64,000 nucleotides of DNA from NCBI RefSeq assembly GCF_030028105.1, contig NC_092382.1:101076699-101140698 (forward strand), read 5' to 3'. The DNA comes from Mobula birostris. Its lineage: Eukaryota. Each line of letters starts with the position of its first letter. Position 1 is the first letter of the stretch. Below are positions 24,151 to 36,399 of the stretch, piece after piece. The notes below the pieces were generated by a model. The model did no database searches. It was not told where the DNA came from and worked only from the letters and a program-made list of their open reading frames with translations. A program made the position numbers and the translations under genes.

Positions 24151-24351
24151 CCCATTGGATCACATGCTTCCTTACTTTCGCAATAAGATTGGCATGGTGT
24201 ACTTTATCAAATACCCTCAGCCGATGTTTGCTGAAGCGATCCAGGTTGGAAAGACCTGTCTTGCAATTAGCTAGCCGTTCGAGTACAGGTATGAAAGAGA
24301 AGCTGATTTATATCTTTCAACGTAGTCATGAGAAAGAGACGAGACACTTAC

Positions 24352-24532
24352 CAAGAAGTGCTACAATTGCAAGTACAGGGTAGTAAACCGCTTGGAATGT
24401 CAGAAGCGCAAGATAGATTCGAGAGTCCAATGCCAGCCATTCGTAATTTTCAACAAGATATGGATATGGCCAGAAAATCTTCTTCGCGATTCCCGTAGCA
24501 CTGGGCATAGCATTTCGCAGATTACAATCCAT
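24352..24532 (-). CDS. GPR139-like GPCR copy 1, exon 1 (N-terminus and most of TM1)
   Basis: MDCNLRNAMP...YYPVLAIVALL (60 codons plus G), then a GTAAGT donor at 24351. The phase-1 join gives GTT (Val) with exon 2. Intron 2260 bp. Confidence 0.9.
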
Positions 24533-24744
24533 TGTTGCGATCGTCTAGATTCCTGTTCGCGACCCAGCCTCTGTCTTCTCTCTGTCTGCAGCCGCTGGTC
24601 TCTGATAACGCGGACTGGCGGCTCTCACTGGCACTGACGTTGTCAGGGTGACATACTAATAGACCAGGCAACCAGAAACTACTCCTCCGCGCTGACGTCG
24701 ACAATCCCCACGGACACACCCTTCATTAAATTCTACGGAATGAG

Positions 24745-24784
24745 AGGTGCAATTAACCCTTTATTTGCAGACCGTCAGAGAAGC
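24745..24784 (-). promoter_or_regulatory. Conserved 40-bp upstream block of the GPCR genes (also 43201-43240 and 63197-63236)
   Basis: aggtgcaattaaccctttatttgcagaccgtcagagaagc. Copies 2 and 3 each differ from copy 1 by one base. The block lies ~200-260 bp upstream of each ATG. Confidence 0.6.
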
Positions 24785-24939
24785 AATACAAACGGAAGAG
24801 TATCTAATAATCCCAGAAGTCGGATGTCCACGGACGCGTGCCGGGTCTTAAATGGACACAACATTGAGAAACTCATTGAAACACAACTGGATACTGATAT
24901 ACAACCAGTCTGGAAAGGAAGTTGCACGCTGCAAATAAT

Positions 24940-24981
24940 AAAACAAACAAACAAAAAACAAACAAACAAACAAACAAACAA
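24940..24981. repeat. Imperfect (AAAC)n tract
   Basis: Directly visible. Confidence 0.9.
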
Positions 24982-25048
24982 CATTAATGACATGCACAGA
25001 TTAAAAATAAATATTGCATGGATAATTATTAAAAATTATAGTTGCATC

Positions 25049-26395
25049 CAGTGGCATCCAAAGGTTTGTTAAAAATTCCTGTTACTATGAATAGCTATGC
25101 GAGTAAAAGAGGACCTGATTTCTGAAAGGCATAAAGTTAATGATGACACATTTCTTTAATATTTTAAGCAAGATTACTTTACAATGTCCATCTTTTACAG
25201 TTTCAAAATAACAAAAAAGGAAAAGGGCCCGACACAAATGCTTGGCCACCCTGTAGAGTGAGTACTTAGTAACACCCCCTGGCAAGCATCACAGCTTGTA
25301 AATGCTTTCTTCAGCCAGCTAAGAATCTTTCAATACTTGTTTGGGGCATTTTCGTCCATTATTGCTTGCAAAAGTCTTCTAGTTCTGTGAGATTCTTGGG
25401 CCGTCTTGCATGCACTGTTCCTTTGAGGTCTAACCACAGTTTGATCGATGATGTTTAGGTCGGGGAACGGTGAAGGCCATGGCAGAACCTTCAGCGTGCG
25501 CCTTCGATGTAGTCCATTGTGGATTTTGAGGTGTGTTTAGGATCATTCTCCTTTTGTAGAAGCCATCCTCTTTTCATCTCCAGCTTTCTTACAGACGGTG
25601 TGATGTTTGCTTCCAGAATTTGCTGGCATTTAATTGAATTCATTGTTCGCTCTACTGGTGAAAGGTTCCCCGTGTCACTGGCTACAACACAAGCCCAAAG
25701 CATGATTGACCATCCACCGTGGAGAGGTGTTCTTTTCATGAAGTTCTGCACCTTCCTTTTCTTCAAACATGCCTTTGCTCATTGCGGCTAAACAGTTCTA
25801 TTTTAACTTCATCAGTCTACAGGACTTGTTTCCAAAATGCTTCAGGCTTGTATAGATGTTCCTTTGCAAACTTCTGACACTAAAATTTGTGGTGAGGACG
25901 CAGGAAAAGTTTTGTCCTTATGGCTCTTCCATGAAGGTCATATTTGTTCAGGTGTCACTGCACAGCAGAACACTGCACGGCCACTCCAGAGTCTGTTAAA
26001 TCTTCCCGAAGGTCAAACGGGGGTTTTAATTTGCCTTTTTAGCAATCCTATGATGAGTTCTCTCGGAAAGTTTTCTTGTTCTTCTGAACCTCAACTTGAG
26101 CTCCGCAGTTCCTTGTAACTACTATTTCTAATTTACATTACGAACTGAGGAAACGGCTGACTGAAAACGCTTTGCTATCTTGTTGTATCCTTTTCCTGCT
26201 TTGTGGGCATTATTTCTTTTAATTTTCAGAGTGCTAGACAGCTGCTTAGAAGAACCCATGGGTGTTGATTTTTAGGGCAAAGTTAGCGGAGTCATGGTAC
26301 ATATAATGCTTTTAAATTTCCATCACTTTGCCTTTCCTAACGATGACTGTGACAAGCCATAGCCCGAACAAGCTAATTAAGGTCTGAGAAATTTC
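25049..26395 (-). mobile_element. Tc1 DNA transposon (IR/DR type), decayed, upstream of GPCR1
   Basis: Terminus cagtggcatccaaaggtttg. The minus-strand transposase reads HGGWSIMLWAC...CQQILEANITPSVRKL...ENDPKHTSKST. The far end is overwritten by CR1. Confidence 0.88.
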
Positions 26396-26399
26396 TGAA

Positions 26400-27330
26400 A
26401 TATTTATGTCCCTTCGGCCAGATGATATCTGCGAAGGATACCGACAGAGACAACAGAGGAACGTGCTGACATTGTCCTCTCTTGTCCAGTGTTACCTCGT
26501 TTTCAAAAATTGAATCCAACGTCTTCCCAACCACTAAGGTCAGGCTCTCCGGTATATAATTCGGTTTCTGCTACCTTCCTCCTTTCCTAAATAATCTGGT
26601 GGAGTAGCAAACTTTCAGTCCGCTGACACTATGCCAGAGTCCAGTGGTTTTTAGAAAGATCATCAAAAATGCTTCTACAATCTCTATCTCTCATTCTTTT
26701 AGAAACTAAAGGTGCAGTTGATCTGGCTCGGATGACCCATGCAACCTTAGGTCTTTCGGGTTCTTGAGCACCTTCTGTCTTGTAACAGTGAGTGAACCTC
26801 TCTTCCTTCACACACTACAACATCAGACACAGTGCAAGAGTCTTCCAGAATGAACACTGATGCTACAAACTCCAATAGGTCATCTGCCGTCCCCTTGTCC
26901 CCAGTTGTTATTTCTCTTTCCCCATGTTCTAGCGCTCCTATACTCACTCTCATTTCTCCTTTATTTTTATATACTTAAAAAAGCTGTTACAATCCACTTT
27001 GAATTTTTTCATCTTGCTTTTATATTTCATCTTTACCTTCTCATGAATATTTTAGTTGTTCTCCATACGTTTAATCTGAATATTTTCTCTGTTGTATACT
27101 CTGTCTTTTGCTTTTACGTTAGGTTTGACTTTCCTTGTCAGCCATGATTGTACTATTTTACTATTTGAGTATTCCTTTGTTTTCACAATAGACCTGTTTT
27201 GCACGTTCGACCGTTTGGCCAGAACCTCACGCCATTTCTGACCTGCAAACAAGGTTGACAACATCTCCTTCAAAATTACTTCGGCCGAGACCTTTCTCAC
27301 ACCACTTTAAACTCGTTTACTGCACCGAAA
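26400..27330 (-). mobile_element. CR1 LINE ORF2 fragment
   Basis: Encodes degenerate CR1 linker/RT sequence (ITTGDKGTADDLLEFVASVF). Confidence 0.7.
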
Positions 27331-27439
27331 TATTGCTGCGTCAGAATTTAATTTCTCCCTGTCATATGTGAAGTTGAAGTCAATCATAGTGGTTTCACTG
27401 CCTCCGAAGGGTGATTTTACCATGAGCTCCTTAATCATT

Positions 27440-27720
27440 TCCGATTTATTTCATAACACCCAATCCAGTATAGTTGATCCCCACGTCGGCCGAAGGACAA
27501 ATTACAAAAACAAACCAACCCAATCGACCTGCATGTGGACAAATCCTATGGCTATCAGAACATTGCCCTTCAGGCACACATTTTTCCCGTTGCACTCTGC
27601 GGTCCATATCCCACCTACTGTCAGGAGGACTGCATATACCTTCCGTGAGTATAATGTGAACCTGGCGGTTTCTGAACTCAACAGACGAGTATTCCACAGC
27701 TTAAGATCACATGCCATATT
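27440..27720 (-). mobile_element. Degenerate V-SINE
   Basis: The reverse complement resembles the V-SINE core seen at ~3980 and ~6380. Confidence 0.45.
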
Positions 27721-28689
27721 TTCTACTGAGCAGGTGCGATTATTTTCTGCACAGCCAAGCCACCCACTCTGCCGACCTTCCTATCCCTCCGCTACAACCT
27801 GAAGACCTCGGGCATTTAGTTCCGAAATGCAACCATCATTCGTTCACGATTCAGTGATGGGCACAACCTCACTCAATCTCAGAAATTGTAACGATGCAAC
27901 AAGATCATCTGCTTTGTACCGTAACCTGGAGTTGCAGGTTAGTGACATTCGGCTCTTGACAGGAGAATGATGTGTTACCGCTCAGTTGCAGGTGCCAGGT
28001 ATCTGTGTGAACGACAGGAGAGGGAAGAGGTGTAAACAGGCAGTGCAGAACACTCTGAGGTTGCTCTCATTAATCACAGGTGTACTGACTTGGATATTGT
28101 TGGAGAGACTACCTATCATGGGACTGCCGCAGCGGCCAGATCTCCGTCACTGAGTCCAACGCGGTGGCTCAGAATGGAAGAGAGAGAGGAGGAGTTACAG
28201 GAGATTGAATAGTTAGAGGAGCAGACAGGAGGTTCAGGAGGGACAGACAGATGGTGAAGAAAATGGCCAGAATTAGGGCAGCGTGATACTGACGCAATGC
28301 ACAGTTGGGTTTACAAAAATTTCTCAACATTTTTGCACAATATCATCATACCCTGCAACAATATCCTTCGCCTCCTGATCTTGTCCTATTGTGTTTCTGT
28401 TTCCGTAGTGAATGCAGATGTGAGATAATCATGAAGGATTTTCTGAACGTCTTGTCTTCAGATACCCTGCTTTCTTCTTTAGAAGGCCCACCATTCTCCT
28501 GGCTCCCGATTTGCTCATCAGAAACTTTTTCAATATCGCTTGATTCAACTTTCTCTCTTTGTTTAATATCTCCGCATTTCAGGCTCGAAGTAAGATTTCT
28601 AAATAGTAATCATCATTTATTTTCTCCTGTCGATACTTACAATGCTTCCCGTCATTTAGCATTTCGAGCCTCGCCTTGCCCTGCTTCAT

Positions 28690-28990
28690 ACTTAGATTCA
28701 ACCTCAGAAAAAAATGCTGAAACTGAGATCCAAATTATAAAATATCCACCTCTAAGGTGTGGACTTAGCCCTGGCGGCGATTCTTAATAAAATTTCCCCA
28801 GATCCTGCCCAATGCAGTTGTATTCGGGATTTGGCAGTCTGAACTCTGCCCTGTGAAGACCAGTCTGATCATAACCTATAACGACCTCAACACATCTCCA
28901 ATTATGGACATCGTTCCCAAAATACTCTCCATCTAATTATTGACAATTTGGTCGAACTAACTCCATATATTTTTCTTATCCAGTTTTGGG
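28690..28990. repeat. Inter-unit spacer block duplicated at ~55945-56160 (part of the GPCR segmental duplication)
   Basis: ttcatacttag(a/c)ttca(a/c)cctcagaaaa...aaatatcca(c/a)ctct(a/g)aggtgtgga occurs at both positions. Confidence 0.8.
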
Positions 28991-29471
28991 TCCACAAGGA
29001 ATGGAACAATTAAAAAAAATATTGTTCCTTACTCACGACTAGAGGTAGCAATGGGGGCTAAGAAATGACGTATGAACCTAATAGGTCCTTTGCAAATGCG
29101 TTTGCTCTGGAAGGCACCATCAGAATGTCAGAGTCCCGAAAGGGTAAGCGACAGAGAGTGACTGACATTGTTATGACATATGAAAAAGTGCTCGGCAAAC
29201 ACAAAGGTCTTAAGGTTAAAATGTTACCTGGGCCAGATGGACTACACCAAGAGTTTTGAGAGAGGTTGCAGAAGAGATAATGGATATATTGGTCATCTTC
29301 TTTCTAGAATCACTTTGATTCTGGTGCCACCTACCCCGTGACGGGAATAAAGAAACCAGAATAAATAGAAACCACTTTGGAGTTTAGTATTGCTAATAAC
29401 TAGTAATATTTATTAATTACTGCGCAATACAGTAAACTAAATGAAGATAACTCAAGCTGGTTAACAAGTAT

Positions 29472-29494
<23 letters not shown>
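29472..29494. repeat. (TA)n microsatellite
   Basis: Directly visible. Confidence 0.9.
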
Positions 29495-29502
<8 letters not shown>

Positions 29503-29624
29503 AAGTAAACACATCAGTAAATGTGGAAAAATATGAATGGAAAACCAAGCTTCTTTAAGTCTAGGGTAAACAGATACGGTCTTACGATGTTGAGTAAAGT
29601 TCTGTTCAGTTCAGTTCGTGGTAT

Positions 29625-32600
29625 TGTGACAAAAGTACACATAGACTAAGATGTTAACTGTCCTGTGCTAGCACCAGTTGGATCAACAGTTGATCTGCCA
29701 CCTGTCTTCAGCGGAGAGAGAGATAAGTAAGACAATGGAGCAGCATTTGGAAATGTTAATGAATAGACGAGAGAGATTAACGGTAGGAGACACCGGTCTG
29801 AATATTGTCAAGACCGGCTGCTTTGAACCCTGAACTGTTTGAAGTCCGATGGACAGGCGATACCCCAACAGGGGGGATAAAAAGGGACAGGTTCGCTAAG
29901 GCAACAGACACCACACACGACACCACGAGGTAACGAGACCCTGGAAGCGGTGTGCCCCCACAAATCGGTGGGAGTTTTGGAGGGCTGGTTGCCGGACCAG
30001 CCATAGAGGCACAGGGTGGAAAGATACGGTCGGCGGGACCTGGTGTGTGTGTCCGCCCTTGCCTGGGTGCCGGGTTCACCGCAGAGGAACGATCGTATCT
30101 GGAACGGAGGGGTCACAGTCGGTGACCTCAGAAGACACTTCAAAGGGCTCGCCCGAAAGCTAACTGCGAGGAATATCGAAGGTCTGTTTGGAATCCGATT
30201 TGCATAGTCATTCGTTCTCTCTCTCTCTTCAACGCCACAACAGCGATTACTGCGAACTGAACTAAATTGAACTCTGTCATTTGAGATTGATCATTTTACC
30301 CCTGGACTGCGATAGAGCTTAATTGATCCTATTATCCTAGTTCTGTGTAGATGTGTGTTTATTCCTTGCTAACCTGTTGCATTTATATTCTTGCTATTAG
30401 AGTACTGTGTTGCTTATTTCTTTAATAAAACTTTCTTAGTTCCAGTAATCCAGATTCCAACTGAGTGATCCATTTCTGCTGGTTTGGCAACCCAGTTACT
30501 GGGTACGTAACATAAGTGGGGTTCCCATCGGCGATTTTGAACGCTAAATTTGGGACGGGGTAAATTGATTCGGTTATAATTCCCGAAAGAAAGAAAAGGC
30601 AAACAGCAGAAATGGAGATTGAGGAATTTCTAAAGGCGCCGACCTTGGACGCATTGGAGGATGCCAGGAAACCGGAATTGGCAGCTGTGGCCAAACGGTT
30701 GAATCTTGTTAAGGGGAAGTCAACAATGAGGAGAGAGGAGATGCACAGAGCTATCGTAGAGCATTATGTGTCTAAAGGTGTGTTTCCCCAAGGGGCGCTG
30801 GAGATGATGTCTATTGGAAAACCTGGTGAAGACGCAGTACAGGTGCAGATTGAAAAATTGAGACTAGAGTACGAGTTCCGGGTACGGCAGCTAGAGCACG
30901 AAGAGAAAGAGAAACAGTTAGAACAGCAAGAGAGAGAGAAACCCTTAGAACGGCAAGAGAGAGAGAAACAGTTAGAACGGCAGGAGAGAGAGAGAGAGGC
31001 AGTTGGAGCGAGAAGAGTGGCAGAGGGAAAGGGAATTCGAGCTGCAGAGGTTAAAGATGAGGGCAGAACAGGGGCCCATGCCGAACCAAGCTGGATGGCT
31101 CAGGGCGACCCAGGAGGTTAGGCTGGTTCCCCCATTTGACGATACCGATGTGGATCGGTACTTTCTCCATTTCGAAAAAGTTGCTGCACGTCAGGACTGG
31201 CCGAGGGATAAGTGGGCTGTTTTGCTTCAGAGTGTACTTAAAGGAAAAGCCCAACAAGCTTACTCAGCTTTGTCCGCAGAAGATGCTCAGAGGTATGAAG
31301 TGGTGAAAGAGGCCATCCTCAGGATTTATGAGTTGGTCCCGGAGGCATACCGGCAGAGGTTCCGGAATACGAGGAAGCAGTGGGACCGCACGTATTTAGA
31401 GTTTGCCCGTGAGATGCAGAAATATTGTGAGTGTTGGTGCGCCTCGAAGGGGGTAAATGGGGATTATGACAGACTGCTACAGCTGATCCTGATTGAGCAG
31501 TTTAAAGGTTGTGTCCCTGACGGTATGAGACCCTATATAGATGAGAAAGAGGCAGCCAGGTTAGCTGCAACTGCTAAGCTAGCGGATGAGTACGCGTTGA
31601 CACATAAAACTAAGTCTGTCCCGAATAAAGGCTACCAGAAGGGTAGTCAGGACGGCAGGGAGAATCCGCCAGAAAAGTCAGTAAGTAAGCCGGGGACTAG
31701 TGAGAAGGGTAAGGTAGACCGGGAGCAGTCAGGTAGGAAGTCTCCTGGGGTCGTCTGTTATAATTGTGGGAAAGCTGGACGCTTTGCGTCCAGGTGCTTT
31801 GCCCCAAAGAAGGAGACGGGAAAGGGAAAGGCGGCGCTTCCGACTGGCTGTATTGAGCTGGTAAACAAACCGCTAGGAGAGAAGTGGTCTGCCAAAGTTC
31901 AGGAATGGCGCGAGAGGTTTATCTCGGCCGGGTTGGTGCCGGTGAAGGAGAGGTTGAACCCAGTTCCAGTACGGATCTGCAGAGACACGGGAGCGTGTCA
32001 GTCATTGATATTAAAGGGTGTGTTAGACTTTAGTTCAGAGACCGAGACTGGGAAAGTCAGGGTCATAAAAGGCATTGGGAAAGGGACTGAGGCAGTACCC
32101 TTGCACCAGATACACCTAAAAAGCGATTTGGTCTCTGGACCAGTCACGATCGTTGAGGCTCGAACTACCGATGAAAGGCGTGGAGGTCTTACTGGGTAAT
32201 GACCTCGCCGGGGGAATTGTGTTCGCAGCAGTGAGATTGACCGGTCAGCCTGCCAGCATTGAGGCCCCGCCCATGGACTCACAGGTTTATCCCGTTTGCG
32301 CAGTGACTCGGCGTGTGTCCAGAAAGACGGCCGAAGTAAATTTAGCTGAGACGTTTCTACCAGCCTTGTACCAGGGGGAGATGGAAAGTGAAAAGAAGGA
32401 GCATAGTGAAACAGGAGGAAGTGAGGGAGCTGAGGCAGACTTAGCATTAGCCAGGTAGGAATTTGTACAAGCGCAGGACCGAGACGAGGAGGTGATGGTT
32501 TCGGCGGAGACAGATCTCTCTGAAGCAGCATTAAAAAGGCAGCCAGTAGGCTATTGTGTGGAGGAGGCAGTGCTAAGGAAGAAAGGGAGACCAAGTACCG

Positions 32601-34683
32601 TACCCGCAGATGAGGAATGGGGGATGGCGCCAAAAATTTATGGGGATTAGATTCTTAACCTGGTCCACAAGATACCCCTCGGTGGACATTTTGGGGGAGG
32701 AAAACAGTCGGCGGAATCATGAAAGAAGTTTACTGGCTGCACAGAAGGAAGAATGTTATTGACTATTGCAGACGTGAGTTAACACAGTTAGAAGCTATTA
32801 ACATGTTAAAAGTCCACCACGATCAGAAAACAGATCTAGCTGGAGATATCATGAAAATTAATGAGGCTAGGGTGCCACCTGATAAGGGGAGGACCCATTT
32901 TGCAAAGATAAGCGTGGTGCCGACCTGATGGGAGATGTCTATTGTTTTGACCTGTTTTGCTGATAAGTTCTCTCACCTAACCCCCGAACAAAGCGGGCCA
33001 TTGACAAAGCTAATTAAACTGCTAATTAAACAGGTCTAGACGTCCTGAGGCGATGCGAAGGCCTGGGACATGGGGCTGTTGTCACATCAGGTCAGCCTAG
33101 TGAGCAACACCTCTATAGAAAGATTAATTCAGTGACAAACGGGCTAAAGAACACAGAAGTGTATATTGGCAATGTAGTGGTCTGGAGTAACACATAGGAG
33201 GATCTGTTTAAAAAGCTGTTTGAAGCCAGCCTGACAGTAAACCTCGAAAAGAGTGAATTCGAGCACGAAAAAGTCACTTATCTGGGACTTGTGGTAGGAC
33301 AGGGGCAGCTGGTTCCGATGCAAGCTCAGTTGCGGGCTATCACTGAAGTCCCCACCCCGACAGACAAGAGAGCCCTGAGAAGGTTCTTCGAGATGGTGGG
33401 GTACTATCGGAAGTTTTGCAGGAAAAAAAAAACAACTTTGCGGATAGTACCCACCCTCATATTAAGCCCTTGCCAAAGAATGATAATTGGTATAGGACGA
33501 CCCTTGTTATCTGTGTCCGGGGCGAAAACCACTGAGAAGTTACACTGATCACAATTCATTAGTGTTTCTGGCCACTATGAAGTCTGCTAAGTTGGAGCCT
33601 GGTTTGAGAGGATTATTAAAATATCACACATAAAAGGAACAGAAAATGTGATTGCTGACTGTCTGTCAGGTGTTGACAACTTAAAATTCTCTGTATGAGA
33701 CAAATAGCTGATGAAGATGTATATTTGTGTGTATCCAATAATACATTCATGCTAGTAATTTTTACCCCGGTAAAAATTCTTAAAGGGGAGGGGTGTGACA
33801 AAGTACATATAGACTAAGATGTTAACTGTACTGTGCTATCACCAGTGGGATCATCAGTTGATCTGCCACCTGTCGTCAGGAGACAGTGATAAGTAAGCAG
33901 AAGTAATGGAGCAGCATTTGGAAATGTTAATGAAGAGACGAGATTGATTAACGGAAGGAGACACCGGTCTAAGTATTGTCAAGACCGGCTGCTTTGAACC
34001 CTGAATTGTTTGAAGTCTGATGGACAGGCGATACCCCAACAGGGGGGATAAAAAGGGACAGGTTCGCTAATGCAACAGACACCACACAGGACACCACGAA
34101 GTAACGAGACCCTGGAATCGGTATGCCCCCACAAGTCGGTGGGAGTTTTGGAAGGCTGCCGCGGGACCAGCCATAGACGCACAGGGTGGAAAGATGCGGT
34201 CGGCGGGAACCTGGTGTGTGTGTCCGCCCTTGCCTGGGTGCCGGGTTCACCGCAGAGGAACGATCGTATCTGGAACGGAGGGGTCACAGTCGGTGACCTC
34301 AGAAGACACTACAAAGGGCTCGCCTAAAGCTAACTGCGAGGAATATCGAAGGTCTGTTTGGAATCCGATTTGCATATTCATTCGTTCTCCCTCTCTCTTC
34401 AACGGCACAACAGCGATTACTGCGAACTGAAGTAAATTGAACTCTGACACTTGTGATTGATCATTTTACCCCTAGACTGCGACAGAGCTTGATTGATCCT
34501 ATTATCCTATGTTCTGTGTACATGTGTGTTTATTCATTGCTGACCTGTTGCATTTATATCCTTACGATTAGAGTACTGTGTTGCTTATTTCTTTAATAAA
34601 ACTTTCTTAGTTCCAGTAATCCAGACGCCAACTGAGTGATCCATTTCTGCTGGTTTGGCAACCCATTTACGGGGTGGGTAACA
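29625..34683 (+). mobile_element. Gmr1-like Gypsy LTR retrotransposon, internally deleted (non-autonomous)
   Basis: 5' LTR 29625-30512 and 3' LTR 33794-34683 (both TG...CA), target duplication GTAT (29621-29624, 34684-34687), polypurine tract aaaggggagggg (33782-33793), and a degenerate Pro-type PBS after 30512. Confidence 0.95.
30612..32458 (+). pseudogene. gag-protease region of the Gmr1-like element (coiled coil, SCAN-like capsid, zinc-knuckle remnant, aspartic protease), two frameshifts
   Basis: ORFs 30612-31121, 31003-32199 and 32153-32458 contain YFLHFEKVA...W...LLQSVLKGKAQQAY...YELVPEAYRQRFR...ILIEQF, CYNCGKAGRFASRC, RDTGACQSL and VLLGNDLAGG. Confidence 0.88.
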
Positions 34684-35670
34684 GTATTTAGTTGAATAGT
34701 GATGCAGAGAGAGAGACAGTGAGTTGAGTCTTCAGGTGAGCTATGTCGTCTATTTCCTCGTCGTCCTCCGAAATCCTTCACAAGTCACCGTCTCGGACTT
34801 TAACAACAAAGGGGACAGTACTTCGGTGTGGTTGAGCTGTCTACCCAGGCCAGAGTCGGACACATGGACAACTCCCCACTGGACTTGCCATTGAATTTTC
34901 ACTGGCAGAGCAATTAGATCAATCCGCCTGATCGATCCTCCAAAACCAACTTTCTCTGCAGGCACAACTAAGCTCATTCAGTGTCCCGGTCATGTGTCTG
35001 AGATATGTATAATGTGACCTCCTATTTCTTTCACTGTGCTGAGCATCTCCTGTCATTCGAAGAGTCCCTCCTTCCTTTGTCTGTAAAGGAATGCGAGCAG
35101 GCAGCAAGTCCTTGGAAGTAACATCAACAATGTGCTGTCGGTCACCATAGCAACCTCCGAGCTGCTAAGTTTTTATCTCCAAAGTAAAACTCTAAACTTA
35201 ACTCCAGTGACGGTCTAACCGTCAATCTTCGTCACTCTATCTTTTCCAAACAAACTATCAATGATAAATAACTCTCTCTGTCTCTCTTCAAAAAGTTAAT
35301 AGGGGCACTCCTGGATCCCCTCACACTGGCATGTCCCGCAGGACTGAAAGATTACAAACGTCACACTACTCTTTACGAAGTGAGGAAGGCAAAATCGTCC
35401 GGGATGAAGCAGTGTAACAGCCCATTAAGTTACTTGGAACTGGACCTGGAGACGTTTGCGACTGGTGTGCGTCCGAGAAAGTTCCGGTTAAACATGCGTG
35501 CGTGTTAAGTAGGGAACATTTTCACACTTCGGAAGAAGTGCTAATGCCAGATGTCCCTGGTTCAATCCCAGATGAGCCCCACGAATGTAACGCTCAGTGT
35601 TACCGGCTCGGGCATATCGAGGGGAAACCACGTCCGCCCTCCAAACCTTGTCTCACGTTTGCGTAGTTAT

Positions 35671-36107
35671 TGTGTTGTACACCCTGGTTTAAACTGACAC
35701 ATCAAATATCAGACATCACACAATGAACGATTCACAGATTACACTTTATAGATCTTACTGGAGCTATGCAATTAATAGAGATACAATATAAAATGAAATT
35801 AGAAGGCGCGAAACTTACCAGAGTCAACCACTTCATGCACAACCGTCGGAGCTCAATTAACGGGGTCTTCTTTCCACCATACGATCACTTCCGACCTCTT
35901 CGACCCGCCCCCGGGACCAAACACGGTGGTAGACCAGAGCGCGTACAGCATGTCCTTCCTCTTCGGTTCTCCTCCCGAAAAACCCGGGAAATCACCCACG
36001 TTCCCACACAAACAGATAGAATAACATTAGCACTGATTGGGACGTTTTCTGCCGTATCAATTGTGTAACCCAAACAAGCAGGGAGAGAGAAAACTCCTTA
36101 CAACGCA
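35671..36107. mobile_element. Probable solo LTR
   Basis: Inverted termini tgtgttgta...tacaacgca with near-matching flanks gttat and gttgt. Confidence 0.45.
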
Positions 36108-36399
36108 GTTGTTATTACAGGAAAGCCATTTTATATGACATACAGAGAAGCCAGTTTAGACACCATTGCAGCCAGTGTAACCAAGACCCAGTTACAATTG
36201 CAAGAGGGAACACGTAATATTGCTGGGACCTTGATCGGCTTCCTCATGTCAACTCCAGCCACAGGCGAAGTCCCGCAGGTCTGGGCAGTGAAAATGCTTT
36301 ATCTCTTTTTCAAACGAGAAACGGTAACAATCCCGGAAACTATGGATAAGTGAGACTTATTTCAGTTAAATGGACATAGGAGGTAAAAAATCCGTATGT

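Larger units (their letters stand above)
29325..35325 (-). mobile_element. Solo LTR of ~940 bp (pieces 29325-29624 and 34688-35325), interrupted by the Gypsy element
   Basis: TG...CA termini (tgccac... and ...cctcaca) are flanked by a perfect 4-bp target duplication CTGG (29321-29324, 35326-35329). Orientation is inferred. Confidence 0.8.
29050..35440 (+). mobile_element. CR1 RT fragment split by the LTR nest (left piece ~29050-29324, right piece ~35326-35440)
   Basis: The left piece encodes EVAEEIMDILVIFFLESLDSG. The right piece resumes with a damaged version of the CR1 MVPEDWKIANVTPLF motif. Confidence 0.75.

Noticed and set aside
35530-35580. tRNA-like B-box GGTTCAATCCC
   Set aside because: No A-box or cloverleaf could be built. 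At most it is a decayed SINE head.
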